NCBI GenBank assembly: GCA_002269645.1
Contig: NIVC01000450.1
Span: 62,001 to 126,000, forward strand
DNA from: Macrostomum lignano
Taxonomy: Eukaryota
Direction of reading: 5' to 3'
DNA length: 64,000 nucleotides
Below the pieces are notes generated by a model that was given only the letters and a program-made list of their open reading frames with translations, made no database searches and was not told the DNA's origin. Numbering within the stretch: the first letter of the stretch is position 1; every line of letters begins with the position of its first letter. Shown piece by piece: positions 49,401 through 63,524 of this stretch. A program made the translations under genes and the position numbers.

Positions 49401-50295
49401 AGAGAGAGACTGAAGGTGATGGAGAGAGAGACTGAAGGTGAGGGAGATAGAGAGACTGAAAGTGAGGGAGAGAGAGACTGAAAGTGAGGGAGAGAGAGAC
49501 TGAAGGTGAGGGAGAGAGAGACTGAAAGTGAGGGAGAGAGAGACTGAAGGTGAGGGAGAGAGAGAGACTGAAGGTGAGGGAGAGAGAGACTGAAGGTGAG
49601 GGAGAGAGAGAGACTGAAGGTGAGGGAGAGAGAGACTGAAGGTGAGGGAGAGAGAGACTGAAGGTGAGGGAGAGAGAGAGACTGAAAGTGAGGAAAAGAG
49701 ACTGAAGGTGAGGGAGAGAGAGACTGAATGTGAGGGAGATTGAATGCGGTGAACTAAGCGTCACCAATAATTCGAATAATAATACGAGGTTACTATTAAA
49801 AAAATTGTTGTACTATATTGGTTTACATAGCGTTTTATTGTTTACCCAATAGCAGCGCCAGTGTGTACTTGAATATTAAGTTAAGCTCTTACCTCAACAG
49901 GATCCGTTGTAAATCTAATAATTTGGGCTGGTTTTTGTAGCAGATTTTTTCTATATTTCAGATTCCTTGGTTTGTATAGCAGGCCTGTAGATGTGGGTGT
50001 GGTCTTCTTGATATGGACTGAAGACTTTCTGTTGGCTTCATAGGCTGCTCTCAATGTAGGCTACGTATATATATTATATTAATATATAATTCAGTAATCA
50101 GGTTAGTGTTATTTGTGTACCAGACAGTCTATTTATAATTTCTTTTTTTTCAGCTTTATATCGTTATCTTTATATATCTTTATTATATATCTTTATATAA
50201 TCATAGTAAATTGATTCAAATATCTTTAGGCAGATGGACAGCCGCACATGAACAGACAGACATGTCACTAAATAGGTAGACACGACAGATACAGA

Positions 50296-50328
<33 letters not shown>

Positions 50329-50456
50329 CACCGACAGACATGTCACTAAATAGGTGGACAGACAGATAAACAGATAAGACAGATAGATAGACAGACAGAC
50401 AGAGACAAACACAGACAGACAGACAGAGACAGACACAGACAGACAGACAGACACCA

Positions 50457-50507
<51 letters not shown>

Positions 50508-53500
50508 AAAGTAGAAAGACGTACTCATGAAAAATCAAAGTTACAAGTATAAAACTCTGTACAAACAGAATTTTTTCTTCTAACGAAATTACCTCTTTCT
50601 GTTCTGGCCTAGAAAGACAGTCTTCCCTGACCCCCCTCCTGCCTCTGTCTCTCAAGCTAGTGTACTATTAGCATGCTCGAATGACAGCTAGCATTGAGAT
50701 CCGAGAGACAGTTGCGCCGCCCCTATGGCCCTTGCCTAATTACCTAATATAGGCCGTAGGTTGCGGGACCTGCAGTTTATATGCATTACACATATACAGA
50801 AGTTAGTTTTGCAACAACAGCAAATTTTCCCATTTTTTGTCATTGTGTAATTAGCTGTACCTCGGGTTTAGAGTTAAAATTCTCACCACTTCTCAGTTAG
50901 CCCGCCCAGCTGAGGTTTTATATTTTTCCTAATTACTATACTCTCACTTCGATTCGCTTCGTTCTATTGGTACACCTGTGCAGCAATCAGTCAATGTGTA
51001 CTTTTAATTCAGACAGCAATTTCTCTTGGACTATTCTGAAATAAAAAATACGAGAAAACTGATCGGGGTAGCTTTAATCCGTCCAACCCTCGCACACCGC
51101 TCCCCCCCACTTCATTCCTCAACTCAAGTCTAGCTACGCGTAGTAGCTAAGTTGCGTCACTCGCTAAGATTTAGAGAGACTTTACCCGCACTCTCAAAAG
51201 TGGCGACCACAGACGGAATCTTCTGTGTGTGATGGCGACTTTTCAATGTTGCTGAGTACATATTTGTGCCAGCCGGCCCTGGGTTATTCCAATTTGCTAC
51301 CCCAGGCCCAGCTACAAGAACACGATTGGGTCGTGATTGGAGGATAGTAGCATCTATTTGGCTGGCTGTGACACCAGCCAATCGCGGGGCAGGAGGGGGG
51401 GGGACGCGCTGCTAGCAATGGCGCAGCCAGCCAATAGTGGGTTGGCCCAGACAGACAGTGGGGTGGGTGGCGCGTAAACAACTTCAGGAGAAAAGTGCAG
51501 TGGACTGGTGCACTGACTTGCAAGCCCGATATGGCCAATATAAGAACTGTTAACTCTCTGTGTATAACTCTCCTTAAAGTTCTTCAGACTGACAAATAAA
51601 TGCCCAGGAATGCAAAAAAACTAAATCAATCAAAATGAGACAAATGTATTGATCATTAATGCTAGAATCGTGCATGAAACTAATGACTTGATGGCTGACA
51701 ACAGACAAATCAAATGACCACTGACCACAAATCAAAGGTCCCCAGACATGAATGTCATCAAGCATGTCTAGGAATTCAAGGTTGAATTGTGAATGAGAAG
51801 TTGTCGCAATAAGTGAGAAAATTTTCATCTCGATTGGAGGGTGGAACTTTTTCCATGAATGAATTCAGGAGCGATCAGCCCATACGAGCCCGTGAACGTA
51901 GTTTGAATTGCGTCACATGGGACTGAGATCTGAGGAAAGTTGACCACTGGTTTTGGGGTGGAAACTTTAATATGTTGCTGAGTGTACATACGAGCGTACA
52001 CCTCTTAATAGACTTCCTGTTCGTAAAGCTCCCTTCGAAGTTTGCTTGTATAATAATAAATATTTTTATTTTTTAATTTCTAAAAATCCAGCCAACGCCC
52101 AGAGCCGGCCAAGTCCACAGCCTGGCCAGCAGCGTCTCCAGCCGTCTCCATCGGGCAGCGCAAGACGCAGCGGCGGCGCAGGCTTGAGGTCTCCCAAATC
52201 GCCTCGCAGCAAATTAAGTGGTTCCGGAGCGGAAACTCTCTCCGATCAGCAGCCAGCTTCCGCTGGTTCTTCATCGATGATTCGAAAAACTCCGCCATCA
52301 GCATCTGTGAAGAGTCCTTTGGCGGCTTCTTCTGCTGCTGTTGCTGCTGCTACTGCGGCTTTGTCATCATCGGCGGCTTCTCCGGCGCTTCCGTCTTCCA
52401 CGGCAGTCGCTTCGTCTACCACCACGCCTTCGTCAGTATCGCCGTTGGCAACCTCGCCGCCACCATCGCGCAGCTGCCTTCGCCGTCGTCGAATCTCATC
52501 CTCGTCTCAGCAGCAGGCCGCCCAGGAGGCTTTGGCTTCTCAGGTGGACGAGAAAGAGCGAATCAAGAGCTTTATTGAGGCCAAGAACAAGCAGATACCC
52601 GATCCGGTGCCTGACGAAGGCCCCGTGGCGCCTTCCAGTCCGTCTGGCGCCGCCGCCGCCGGTGTCGCGGTGTCGAATGCATCCACAGCTTCGCCCACGC
52701 TGATTGTGACCGCTACGGCTATTGATTCAACTGCTGCTGGTGCTGCTACCTCTGCTAGGAAACGGCGACCGTCCAAGCGGTATGGCAGCTCTGCCGCGCC
52801 CGCTGAGACTGTTGCTACGGTCAAATTCGAGCCGGTGGCTGTTCAAGCCGACTATTCGGATGATTACGATGAGCAGGATGAGAACTCTGTCGGATTTGAG
52901 CAGAAGAAGCTGCCTGCTATGCGAATGCCGCTGCCTAAGCAGGTAAGAATTTATTTATATTTATTTTTTACACATTTTCTATTGTGTGAGTTTATTTTGT
53001 GTCAGTTTTTTGTGTCAATTAGTGTCAGTGTGTCAATTGGTGCATCAGTTGGTGTCATTTGTGTGCCAGTAGTGTGTCAGTTGGTGTGTCAGTAGTGTGT
53101 CAGTTGATGTAAGTAGTGTCGGTTGGTGTGTCAGTTGGTGTCAAGTAGTGTCAGTTAGTGTGTCAGTAGTGTGTCAGTTGGTGCGTCAATTGGTATGTCA
53201 ATTGGTGTCAGTACTTCACTTGTGTCGGATAGGTTAACTACTCAGGTGTCTGACGGACAGCACTCCGATCTTAGCATAGTGTACTAGCTACTGTACTTAC
53301 AGTACATTACATGCATGCTACAAATATCACATTGCATTAATCACATCGCAGTCCCCATCTGCGCTGAGCCTGGGCTCCCTAGCCGACAACTCCAACATGA
53401 GCAGCAGCAGCAGTAGCGACAGGAGCCGCCACAGCAGCATCAACGGAGACTACAACGGCTCGCCACCTGCTACTGCCGCCGATGTTGAAGTGAATGGAAA

Positions 53501-54176
53501 ATTCAATGCTACTACTAGTAGTATGACAGCAACAACTGCTACCACTACCACCACTCTGATGCACAGTCAGGACAGCAGCAGCGGAGGTCGCCGGGTCACC
53601 GTTGAAACCTATCACTCCGAGCCGCCCAAGCAGCTGCCTCAGAATCCGCCACCGACTCCGCCGCCAACTCCCAAACAGTCTCCGCCTCTGCTCCGGTTCA
53701 CCGCCGCCTCCGTCACTTTGGACGATTCCGACTCAGCTGGAGCTGCCAAGACTGCAAATGCCGGTAGTTTGTCGGCGGCGGTTCATCCGCAGCCGGGCTC
53801 TGAGCAGGACACGGTCACCAGCAATGCTAAACGGCGTGTTGAATTTGCCGAGCTGTTCAGAATCCGGGCCCAGCAGAATGCTGCTGCGGCGGCGGCTGCT
53901 GCTGCTGCTGCGGCGGCTGCTGCTGCTGCTACGAATTCAACAGATCCAGCTGCTGCAGCACCAGCAACCGGCGGTGCCCATTGTCACCATCCGTATCATC
54001 AACACGGTACAGCAGCAGCTGACGGCGTAGCCGATGCGGTTGTCGATGCTGAACTGGTTGGCGAGCCGCAACAGCAGCAGCATCATCAGCAGCCAATGAT
54101 GCCGGATCAGCAGCTGGATAGCGACGATTCTGAATACGGCGTGACTGGCGGCCGCGCCAACGGCGCTAGCGGCAGG
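46477..54176 (+). CDS. PHTF: PHTF (putative homeodomain transcription factor) family membrane protein, 5' part; exons 46477-46533, 46623-46679, 46779-46851, 47304-47648, and probably 52092-52942, 53352-54176; 3' exons outside the window
   Basis: Exons 1-4 join in phase to LDWYQSK|ITNYDQQLWEQSVEQRILK|SLENRPTKK...ELIDVDLVRG|SAFSKAK...KGAYR...WW...LYC...AELLTPLIFLLLLGQMHSQIVAT, matching the PHTF N-terminus as I recall it (WYQKKIGAYDQQIWEKS..LIDVDLVRGSAFAKAK). Exons 5-6 are phase-compatible Ser/Ala/Gln-rich sequence assigned by position only (lower confidence). Confidence 0.85.
46890..47235. repeat. 28-bp minisatellite (TTGCTGGGCCAGCCTCCCAGATCCTCAG), PHTF intron 3
   Basis: Tandem units visible directly. 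Confidence 0.92.
47685..49745. repeat. 20-24 bp purine-rich minisatellite (GAGACTGAAGGTGAGGGAGAGA), PHTF intron 4
   Basis: About 2 kb of tandem units; source of the 756-aa artefact ORF. Confidence 0.97.
50290..50506. repeat. Interrupted (GACA)n microsatellite
   Basis: Directly visible. Confidence 0.95.
53020..53212. repeat. Degenerate GTGTCAGT(T/A)G short tandem repeat, PHTF intron 5
   Basis: Repeated GTGTCA cores. Confidence 0.8.
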
Positions 54177-54375
54177 GTGAGCGCTTCAATTTTTGTGCCT
54201 AATAAATTGCTCCTTATTAATCTAATGATTGTGTTGATTAGAAAACGTAGCCATCTTTTCAAAAGCATCTTATTAATTTACATTTTTATGTGCATTAACT
54301 TAACTTGGGTTGCATGCTCATTTTTTGAAAAAAATACAGTTTTGTTGTTTTACTTTTTATGCGCTATTATGCCTA

Positions 54376-56160
54376 GAGATGCAATGCGAGTGACAGGTAG
54401 ATGCAATGGGAGTGACAGGGAGATGCAATTCGAGTGACAGGGAGATGCAATGGGAATGACAGGGAGATGCAATTCGAGTGACAGGGAGATGCAATGCGAG
54501 TGACAGGGAGATGCAATGGGAATGACAGGGAGATGCAATGCGAGTGACAGGGAGATGCAATGCGAGTGACAGGGAGATGCAATGGGAGTGACAGGGGAGA
54601 TGCAATGGGAGAGACAAGGGAGATGCAATTCGAGTGACAGGGAGATGCAATGCGAGTGACAGGGAGATGCAATGGGAGTGACAAGAAGAGGCAATGGGAG
54701 TGACAGGGAGATGCAATGCGAGTGACAGGGAGATGCAATTCGAGTGACAGGGAGATGCAATGCGAGTGACAGGGGAGATGCAATGGGAGTGACAAGGGAG
54801 ATGCAATGGGAATGACAGGGAGATGCAATGGGAATGACAAGAAGAGGCAATGGGAGTGACAGGGAGATGCAATTCGAGTGACAGGGGAGATGCAATGAGA
54901 GTGACAAGGGAGATGCAATGAGAGTGACAGGTAGATGCAATGGGAGTGACAAGGGAGATGCAATGGGAGTCAAAAGGAGATGCAATGGGAGTGACAAGGG
55001 AGATGCAATTCGAGTGACAGGGAGATGCAATGCGAGTGACAGGGAGATGCAATGGGAATGACAGGGAGATGCAATTCGAGTGACAGGGAGATGCAATGGG
55101 AGTGACAGTGAGATGCAATGGGAGTGACAGGGAGATGCAATGCGAGTGACAGGGAGATGCAATGGGAGTGACAGTGAGATGCAATGGGAGTGACAGGGAG
55201 ATGCAATGCGAGTGACAGGGAGATGCAATGGGAGTGACAGGGAGATGCAATTCGAGTGACAGGGAGATGCAATTCGAGTGACAAGGGAGATGCAATGAGA
55301 GTGACAGGTAGATGCAATGGGAGTGACAAGGGAGATGCAATGGGAGTGAAAAGGAGATGCAATGGGAGTGACAAGGGAGATGCAATTCGAGTGACAGGGA
55401 GATGCAATGCGAGTGACAGGGAGATGCAATTCGAGTGACAGGGAGATGCAATGCGAGTGACAGGGAGATGCAATGGGAGTGACAGGGAGATGCAATGCGA
55501 GTGACAGGGAGATGCAATGGGAGTGACAGGGGAGATGCAATGGGAGTGACATGGGAGATGCAATGGGAGTGACAAGGGAGATGCAATGGGAATGACAGGG
55601 AGATGCAATTCGAGTGACAGGGAGATGCAATGCGAGTGACAGGGAGATGCAATGGGAGTGACAGGGGAGATGCAATGGGAGTGACAGGGAGATGCAATGG
55701 GAATGACAGGGAGATGCAATGGGAATGACAAGAAGAGGCAATGGGAGTGACAGGGAGATGCAATGCGAGTGACAGGGAGATGCAATTCGAGTGACAGGGA
55801 GATGCAATGCGAGTGACAGGGGAGATGCAATGGGAGTGACAGGGAGATGCAATGGGAATGACAAGGGAGATGCAATGGGAGTGACAAGGGAGATGCAATG
55901 GGAGTGACAGGGAGATGCAATGGGAGTGACAAGGGAGATGCAATGGGAGTGACAGGGAGATGCAATGGAAGTGACAAGGGAGATGCAATGGCAGTGACAA
56001 GGGAGATGCAATGGGAGTGACAAGGGAGATGCAATGGCAGTGACAGAGTGATGCAATGAGAGTGACAGGGAGATGCAATGGGAGTGACAAGGGAAATGCA
56101 ATGGAAGTGACAAGGGAGATGCAATGGGAGGGTCAAGGGAAATGCAATGGAAGTGACAAG
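54376..56160. repeat. 21-22 bp minisatellite (GAGATGCAATGGGAGTGACAGG and variants); further blocks at 57186-58105 and 60432-61310
   Basis: Tandem units; source of the LPLHLPCHSHCIS artefact ORFs. Confidence 0.97.
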
Positions 56161-56256
56161 GGAGACAGACAGACAGACAGACACACAGACAGACAGACAC
56201 TAAGACAGCAGACAGACACTAAGACAGACAGACAGACACTAGACAGACAGACACTA

Positions 56257-56289
<33 letters not shown>

Positions 56290-56292
56290 CTA

Positions 56293-56333
<41 letters not shown>

Positions 56334-56427
56334 CTAAGACAGACAGACAGACAGACACTAAGACAGACAGACAGACACTAGACAGATAGACACTAAGACA
56401 GACAGACAGACAGACAGACAGACACTA

Positions 56428-56472
<45 letters not shown>

Positions 56473-56756
56473 CTAAGACAGACAGACACTAAGACAGCAG
56501 ACAGACAGACACTAAGACAGACAGACAGACAGACAGACACTAAGACAGACAGACAGACAGACACTAAGACAGCAGACAGACAGACACTAAGACAGACAGA
56601 CAGACACTAGACAGACAGACACTAAGACAGACAGACAGACAGACAGACACTAAGACAGACAGACAGACAGACAGACAGACACTAAGACAGACAGACAGAC
56701 AGACACTAAGACAGACAGACAGACAGACACTAAGACAGACAGACAGACAGACACTA

Positions 56757-56797
<41 letters not shown>

Positions 56798-56879
56798 CTA
56801 AGACAGACAGACAGACAGACACACAGACAGACACTAAGACAGCAGACAGACAGACACTAAGACAGACAGACAGACACTA

Positions 56880-56916
<37 letters not shown>

Positions 56917-57047
56917 GCTAGACAGACAGACAGACAGACAGACAGGCAGCTAGACAGACAGACAGACACTAAATTAGACAGCTAGACAGACAGATAGACA
57001 CTAAATTAGACAGCTAGACAGACAGACAGACAGACAGACAGACACTA

Positions 57048-57080
<33 letters not shown>

Positions 57081-57092
57081 CACAGACAGACA

Positions 57093-58973
57093 CTAAGACA
57101 GCAGACAGACAGACACTAAGACAGACAGACAGACACTAGACAGACAGACACTAAGACAGACAGACAGACAGACAGACAGACAGCTAGAATTCGAGTGACA
57201 GGGAGATGCAATGCGAGTGACAGGGGAGATGCAATGGGAGTGACAAGGGAGATGCAATGGGAATGACAGGGAGATGCAATGGGAATGACAAGAAGAGGCA
57301 ATGGGAGTGACAGGGAGATGCAATTCGAGTGACAGGGGAGATGCAATGAGAGTGACAAGGGAGATGCAATGAGAGTGACAGGTAGATGCAATGGGAGTGA
57401 CAAGGGAGATGCAATGGGAGTGAAAAGGAGATGCAATGGGAGTGACAAGGGAGATGCAATTCGAGTGACAGGGAGATGCAATGCGAGTGACAGGGAGATG
57501 CAATGGGAATGACAGGGAGATGCAATTCGAGTGACAGGGAGATGCAATGGGAATGACAAGAAGAGGCAATGGGAGTGACAGGGAGATGCAATGCGAGTGA
57601 CAGGGAGATGCAATTCGAGTGACAGGGAGATGCAATGCGAGTGACAGGGGAGATGCAATGGGAGTGACAGGGAGATGCAATGGGAATGACAAGGGAGATG
57701 CAATGGGAGTGACAAGGGAGATGCAATGGGAGTGACAGGGAGATGCAATGGGAGTGACAAGGGAGATGCAATGGGAGTGACAGGGAGATGCAATGGAAGT
57801 GACAAGGGAGATGCAATGGCAGTGACAAGGGAGATGCAATGGGAGTGACAAGGGAGATGCAATGGCAGTGACAGAGTGATGCAATGAGAGTGACAGGGAG
57901 ATGCAATGGGAGTGACAAGGGAAATGCTATGGAAGTGACAAGGGAGATGCAATGGGAGGGTCAAGGGAAATGCAATGGAAGTGACAAGGGAGATGCAATG
58001 GAAGTGACAAGGGAGATGCAATGGGAGGGTCAAGGGAAATGCAATGGAAGTGACAAGGGAGATGCAATGGGAGTGACAAGGGAGATGCAATGAGAGTGAC
58101 AAAAAGTTGCAATGGGAGTTACATTACAAGCTGTTAAAATCTAAGCTTGAGCTGCTCAAAGTGCACTTCAACCAGCATTTGTAAATATTTGTTTTTTAAG
58201 TTTTTTTGCATTGCTAGAAAGTAAAAATATAAAAAGGCTTAATTAGTATATCACCAAATGCATGCCCGTAGTAAGTAGTGTGCATAAAATATAGTTTTTT
58301 TTACTTTATTTTTAATAGCCTAAATTATTTATTTATTATTTCAAATGCCTATTATTTATTTAAAAATGGCTTGCTAAATGATTTTTATTCAATCATGGTA
58401 TCCAATTTTGTCTGCTGTATAGATTTTTTACCTTTTCCCCTCAAAATTGTCCCTAATCGCTTTCAGCCACTTGTAGCTGGCACTGGGTCAACTCGATTCC
58501 AAATTAGGCAGGTGCCCATTACGGCAGCCAAAACTAGCCAAAGCTGCTGTCGGAGTGACCAGCAGGAACAGGTTAATTAATTAATTAATGCTATTGCGCT
58601 AATTATTCATAATTATACTTTTATCGCCATGGTTTTGTTAATAATTTTTAACTATCGTTTCAATCTTCAGTAAAAAAATAAATATTACATGTTTTTATAT
58701 CAACGGAAACGTTTCATAAAAATCACGATTTTAATATATGTGAATTATACTACTGATGTTTAATTTCAACTTTCTATATAGAGTCTGTATTAGTCTTTCT
58801 TATTGCCACTTGTCTGCCTGTGGCTGAGATTTAATGTTTGTTCCTGCGCAGGTTTGGTTGCTTAATAGTGTTGATTGATTGGCACCTAGGACTGCTTAAC
58901 CATTGACAGACAACAATATTGTGCACTGATTGAAATTCATTGACACTGACAGACAGACAGACAGACAGACAGG

Positions 58974-59027
<54 letters not shown>

Positions 59028-59102
59028 CACAGACAAACACACAGACAGACAGACAGACAAACACACAGACAGACACACAGACAGACAGACAGGCAGACAC
59101 TA

Positions 59103-59135
<33 letters not shown>

Positions 59136-59169
59136 CACAGACAGACACACAGACACTAAATTAGACAGC

Positions 59170-59214
<45 letters not shown>

Positions 59215-59280
59215 CGACAGACAGACACTAGACAGACACTGAGACACTAAGACAGACAGACAGACACTAAATTAGACAGC

Positions 59281-59334
<54 letters not shown>

Positions 59335-59681
59335 CACAGACAGACAGACACTAAGACAGCAGACAGACACTAAGACAGACAGACAGACACTAGACAGACA
59401 GACACTAAGACAGACAGACAGACAGACAGACAGACACTAAGACAGACAGACAGACAGACAGACAGACACTAAGACAGACAGACAGACAGACACTAAATTA
59501 GACAGCTAGACAGACAGACAGACACTAAGACAGACAGACAGACAGACAGACACTAAGACAGACAGACAGACAGACACTAAGACAGCAGACAGACAGACAC
59601 TAAGACAGACAGACAGACACTAGACAGACAGACACTAAGACAGACAGACAGACAGACAGACACTAAGACAGACAGACACTA

Positions 59682-59722
<41 letters not shown>

Positions 59723-59725
59723 CTA

Positions 59726-59758
<33 letters not shown>

Positions 59759-59864
59759 CTAAGACAGACAGACAGACAGACACTAAGACAGACAGACAGA
59801 CAGACACTAAGACAGACAGACAGACACTAAGACAGACAGACAGACACTAGACAGACAGACACTA

Positions 59865-59897
<33 letters not shown>

Positions 59898-59900
59898 CTA

Positions 59901-59949
<49 letters not shown>

Positions 59950-60296
59950 CTAAGACAGACAGACACTAAGACAGCAGACAGACAGACACTAAGACAGACA
60001 CTAAGACAGCAGACAGACAGACACTAAGACAGACAGACAGACAGACAGACACTAAGACAGACAGACAGACAGACACTAAGACAGCAGACAGACAGACACT
60101 AAGACAGACAGACAGACACTAGACAGACAGACACTAAGACAGACAGACAGACAGACAGACACTAAGACAGACAGACACTAAGACAGACACTAAGACAGAC
60201 AGACAGACAGACAGACAGACACTAAGACAGACAGACAGACAGACACTAAGACAGACAGACAGACAGACACTAAGACAGACAGACAGACAGACACTA

Positions 60297-60329
<33 letters not shown>

Positions 60330-62176
60330 CACAGACAGACACTAAGACAGCAGACAGACAGACACTAAGACAGACAGACAGACACTAGACAGACAGACAC
60401 TAAGACAGACAGACAGACAGACAGACAGACAGCTAGAATTCGAGTGACAGGGAGATGCAATGCGAGTGACAGGGGAGATGCAATGGGAGTGACAAGGGAG
60501 ATGCAATGGGAATGACAGGGAGATGCAATGGGAATGACAAGAAGAGGCAATGGGAGTGACAGGGAGATGCAATTCGAGTGACAGGGGAGATGCAATGAGA
60601 GTGACAAGGGAGATGCAATGAGAGTGAAAAGGAGATGCAATGGGAGTGACAAGGGAGATGCAATTCGAGTGACAGGGAGATGCAATGCGAGTGACAGGGA
60701 GATGCAATGGGAATGACAGGGAGATGCAATTCGAGTGACAGGGAGATGCAATGGGAATGACAAGAAGAGGCAATGGGAGTGACAGGGAGATGCAATGCGA
60801 GTGACAGGGAGATGCAATTCGAGTGACAGGGAGATGCAATGCGAGTGACAGGGGAGATGCAATGGGAGTGACAGGGAGATGCAATGGGAATGACAAGGGA
60901 GATGCAATGGGAGTGACAAGGGAGATGCAATGGGAGTGACAGGGAGATGCAATGGGAGTGACAAGGGAGATGCAATGGGAGTGACAGGGAGATGCAATGG
61001 AAGTGACAAGGGAGATGCAATGGCAGTGACAAGGGAGATGCAATGGGAGTGACAAGGGAGATGCAATGGCAGTGACAGAGTGATGCAATGAGAGTGACAG
61101 GGAGATGCAATGGGAGTGACAAGGGAAATGCTATGGAAGTGACAAGGGAGATGCAATGGGAGGGTCAAGGGAAATGCAATGGAAGTGACAAGGGAGATGC
61201 AATGGAAGTGACAAGGGAGATGCAATGGGAGGGTCAAGGGAAATGCAATGGAAGTGACAAGGGAGATGCAATGGGAGTGACAAGGGAGATGCAATGAGAG
61301 TGACAAAAAGTTGCAATGGGAGTTACATTACAAGCTGTTAAAATCTAAGCTTGAGCTGCTCAAAGTGCACTTCAACCAGCATTTGTAAATATTTGTTTTT
61401 TAAGTTTTTTTGCATTGCTAGAAAGTAAAAATATAAAAAGGCTTAATTAGTATATCACCAAATGCATGCCCGTAGTAAGTAGTGTGCATAAAATATAGTT
61501 TTTTTTACTTTATTTTTAATAGCCTAAATTATTTATTTATTATTTCAAATGCCTATTATTTATTTAAAAATGGCTTGCTAAATGATTTTTATTCAATCAT
61601 GGTATCCAATTTTGTCTGCTGTATAGATTTTTTACCTTTTCCCCTCAAAATTGTCCCTAATCGCTTTCAGCCACTTGTAGCTGGCACTGGGTCAACTCGA
61701 TTCCAAATTAGGCAGGTGCCCATTACGGCAGCCAAAACTAGCCAAAGCTGCTGTCGGAGTGACCAGCAGGAACAGGTTAATTAATTAATTAATGCTATTG
61801 CGCTAATTATTCATAATTATACTTTTATCGCCATGGTTTTGTTAATAATTTTTAACTATCGTTTCAATCTTCAGTAAAAAATAAATATTACATGTTTTTA
61901 TATCAACGGAAACGTTTCATAAAAATCACGATTTTAATATATGTGAATTATACTACTGATGTTTAATTTCAACTTTCTATATAGAGTCTGTATTAGTCTT
62001 TCTTATTGCCACTTGTCTGCCTGTGGCTGAGATTTAATGTTTGTTCCTGCGCAGGTTTGGTTGCTTAATAGTGTTGATTGATTGGCACCTAGGACTGCTT
62101 AACCATTGACAGACAACAATATTGTGCACTGATTGAAATTCATTGACACTGACAGACAGACAGACAGACAGACAGG

Positions 62177-62230
<54 letters not shown>

Positions 62231-62305
62231 CACAGACAGACACACAGACAGACAGACAGACAAACACACAGACAGACACACAGACAGACAGACAGGCAGA
62301 CACTA

Positions 62306-62338
<33 letters not shown>

Positions 62339-62372
62339 CACAGACAGACACACAGACACTAAATTAGACAGC

Positions 62373-62417
<45 letters not shown>

Positions 62418-62483
62418 CGACAGACAGACACTAGACAGACACTGAGACACTAAGACAGACAGACAGACACTAAATTAGACAGC

Positions 62484-62529
<46 letters not shown>

Positions 62530-62876
62530 CACAGACAGACAGACACTAAGACAGCAGACAGACACTAAGACAGACAGACAGACACTAGACAGACAGACAC
62601 TAAGACAGACAGACAGACAGACAGACAGACACTAAGACAGACAGACAGACAGACAGACAGACACTAAGACAGACAGACAGACAGACACTAAATTAGACAG
62701 CTAGACAGACAGACAGACACTAAGACAGACAGACAGACAGACAGACACTAAGACAGACAGACAGACAGACACTAAGACAGCAGACAGACAGACACTAAGA
62801 CAGACAGACAGACACTAGACAGACAGACACTAAGACAGACAGACAGACAGACAGACACTAAGACAGACAGACACTA

Positions 62877-62917
<41 letters not shown>

Positions 62918-62920
62918 CTA

Positions 62921-62953
<33 letters not shown>

Positions 62954-63059
62954 CTAAGACAGACAGACAGACAGACACTAAGACAGACAGACAGACAGAC
63001 ACTAAGACAGACAGACAGACACTAAGACAGACAGACAGACACTAGACAGACAGACACTA

Positions 63060-63092
<33 letters not shown>

Positions 63093-63095
63093 CTA

Positions 63096-63144
<49 letters not shown>

Positions 63145-63376
63145 CTAAGACAGACAGACACTAAGACAGCAGACAGACAGACACTAAGACAGACAGACAG
63201 ACAGACAGACACTAAGACAGACAGACAGACAGACACTAAGACAGCAGACAGACAGACACTAAGACAGACAGACAGACACTAGACAGACAGACACTAAGAC
63301 AGACAGACAGACAGACAGACACTAAGACAGACAGACACTAAGACAGACACTAAGACAGACAGACAGACAGACACTA

Positions 63377-63409
<33 letters not shown>

Positions 63410-63436
63410 CTAAGACAGACAGACAGACAGACACTA

Positions 63437-63477
<41 letters not shown>

Positions 63478-63524
63478 CTAAGACAGACAGACAGACAGAC
63501 ACTAAGACAGACAGACAGACACTA

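Noticed and set aside
47497-49767. 756-aa ORF and other long repetitive ORFs (413-1517, 2863-3913, 18935-19702, 21876-22859, 25316-27880, 54350-61306)
   Set aside because: They are stop-free frames of tandem repeats lying in introns or antisense to real genes, open in several frames at once.
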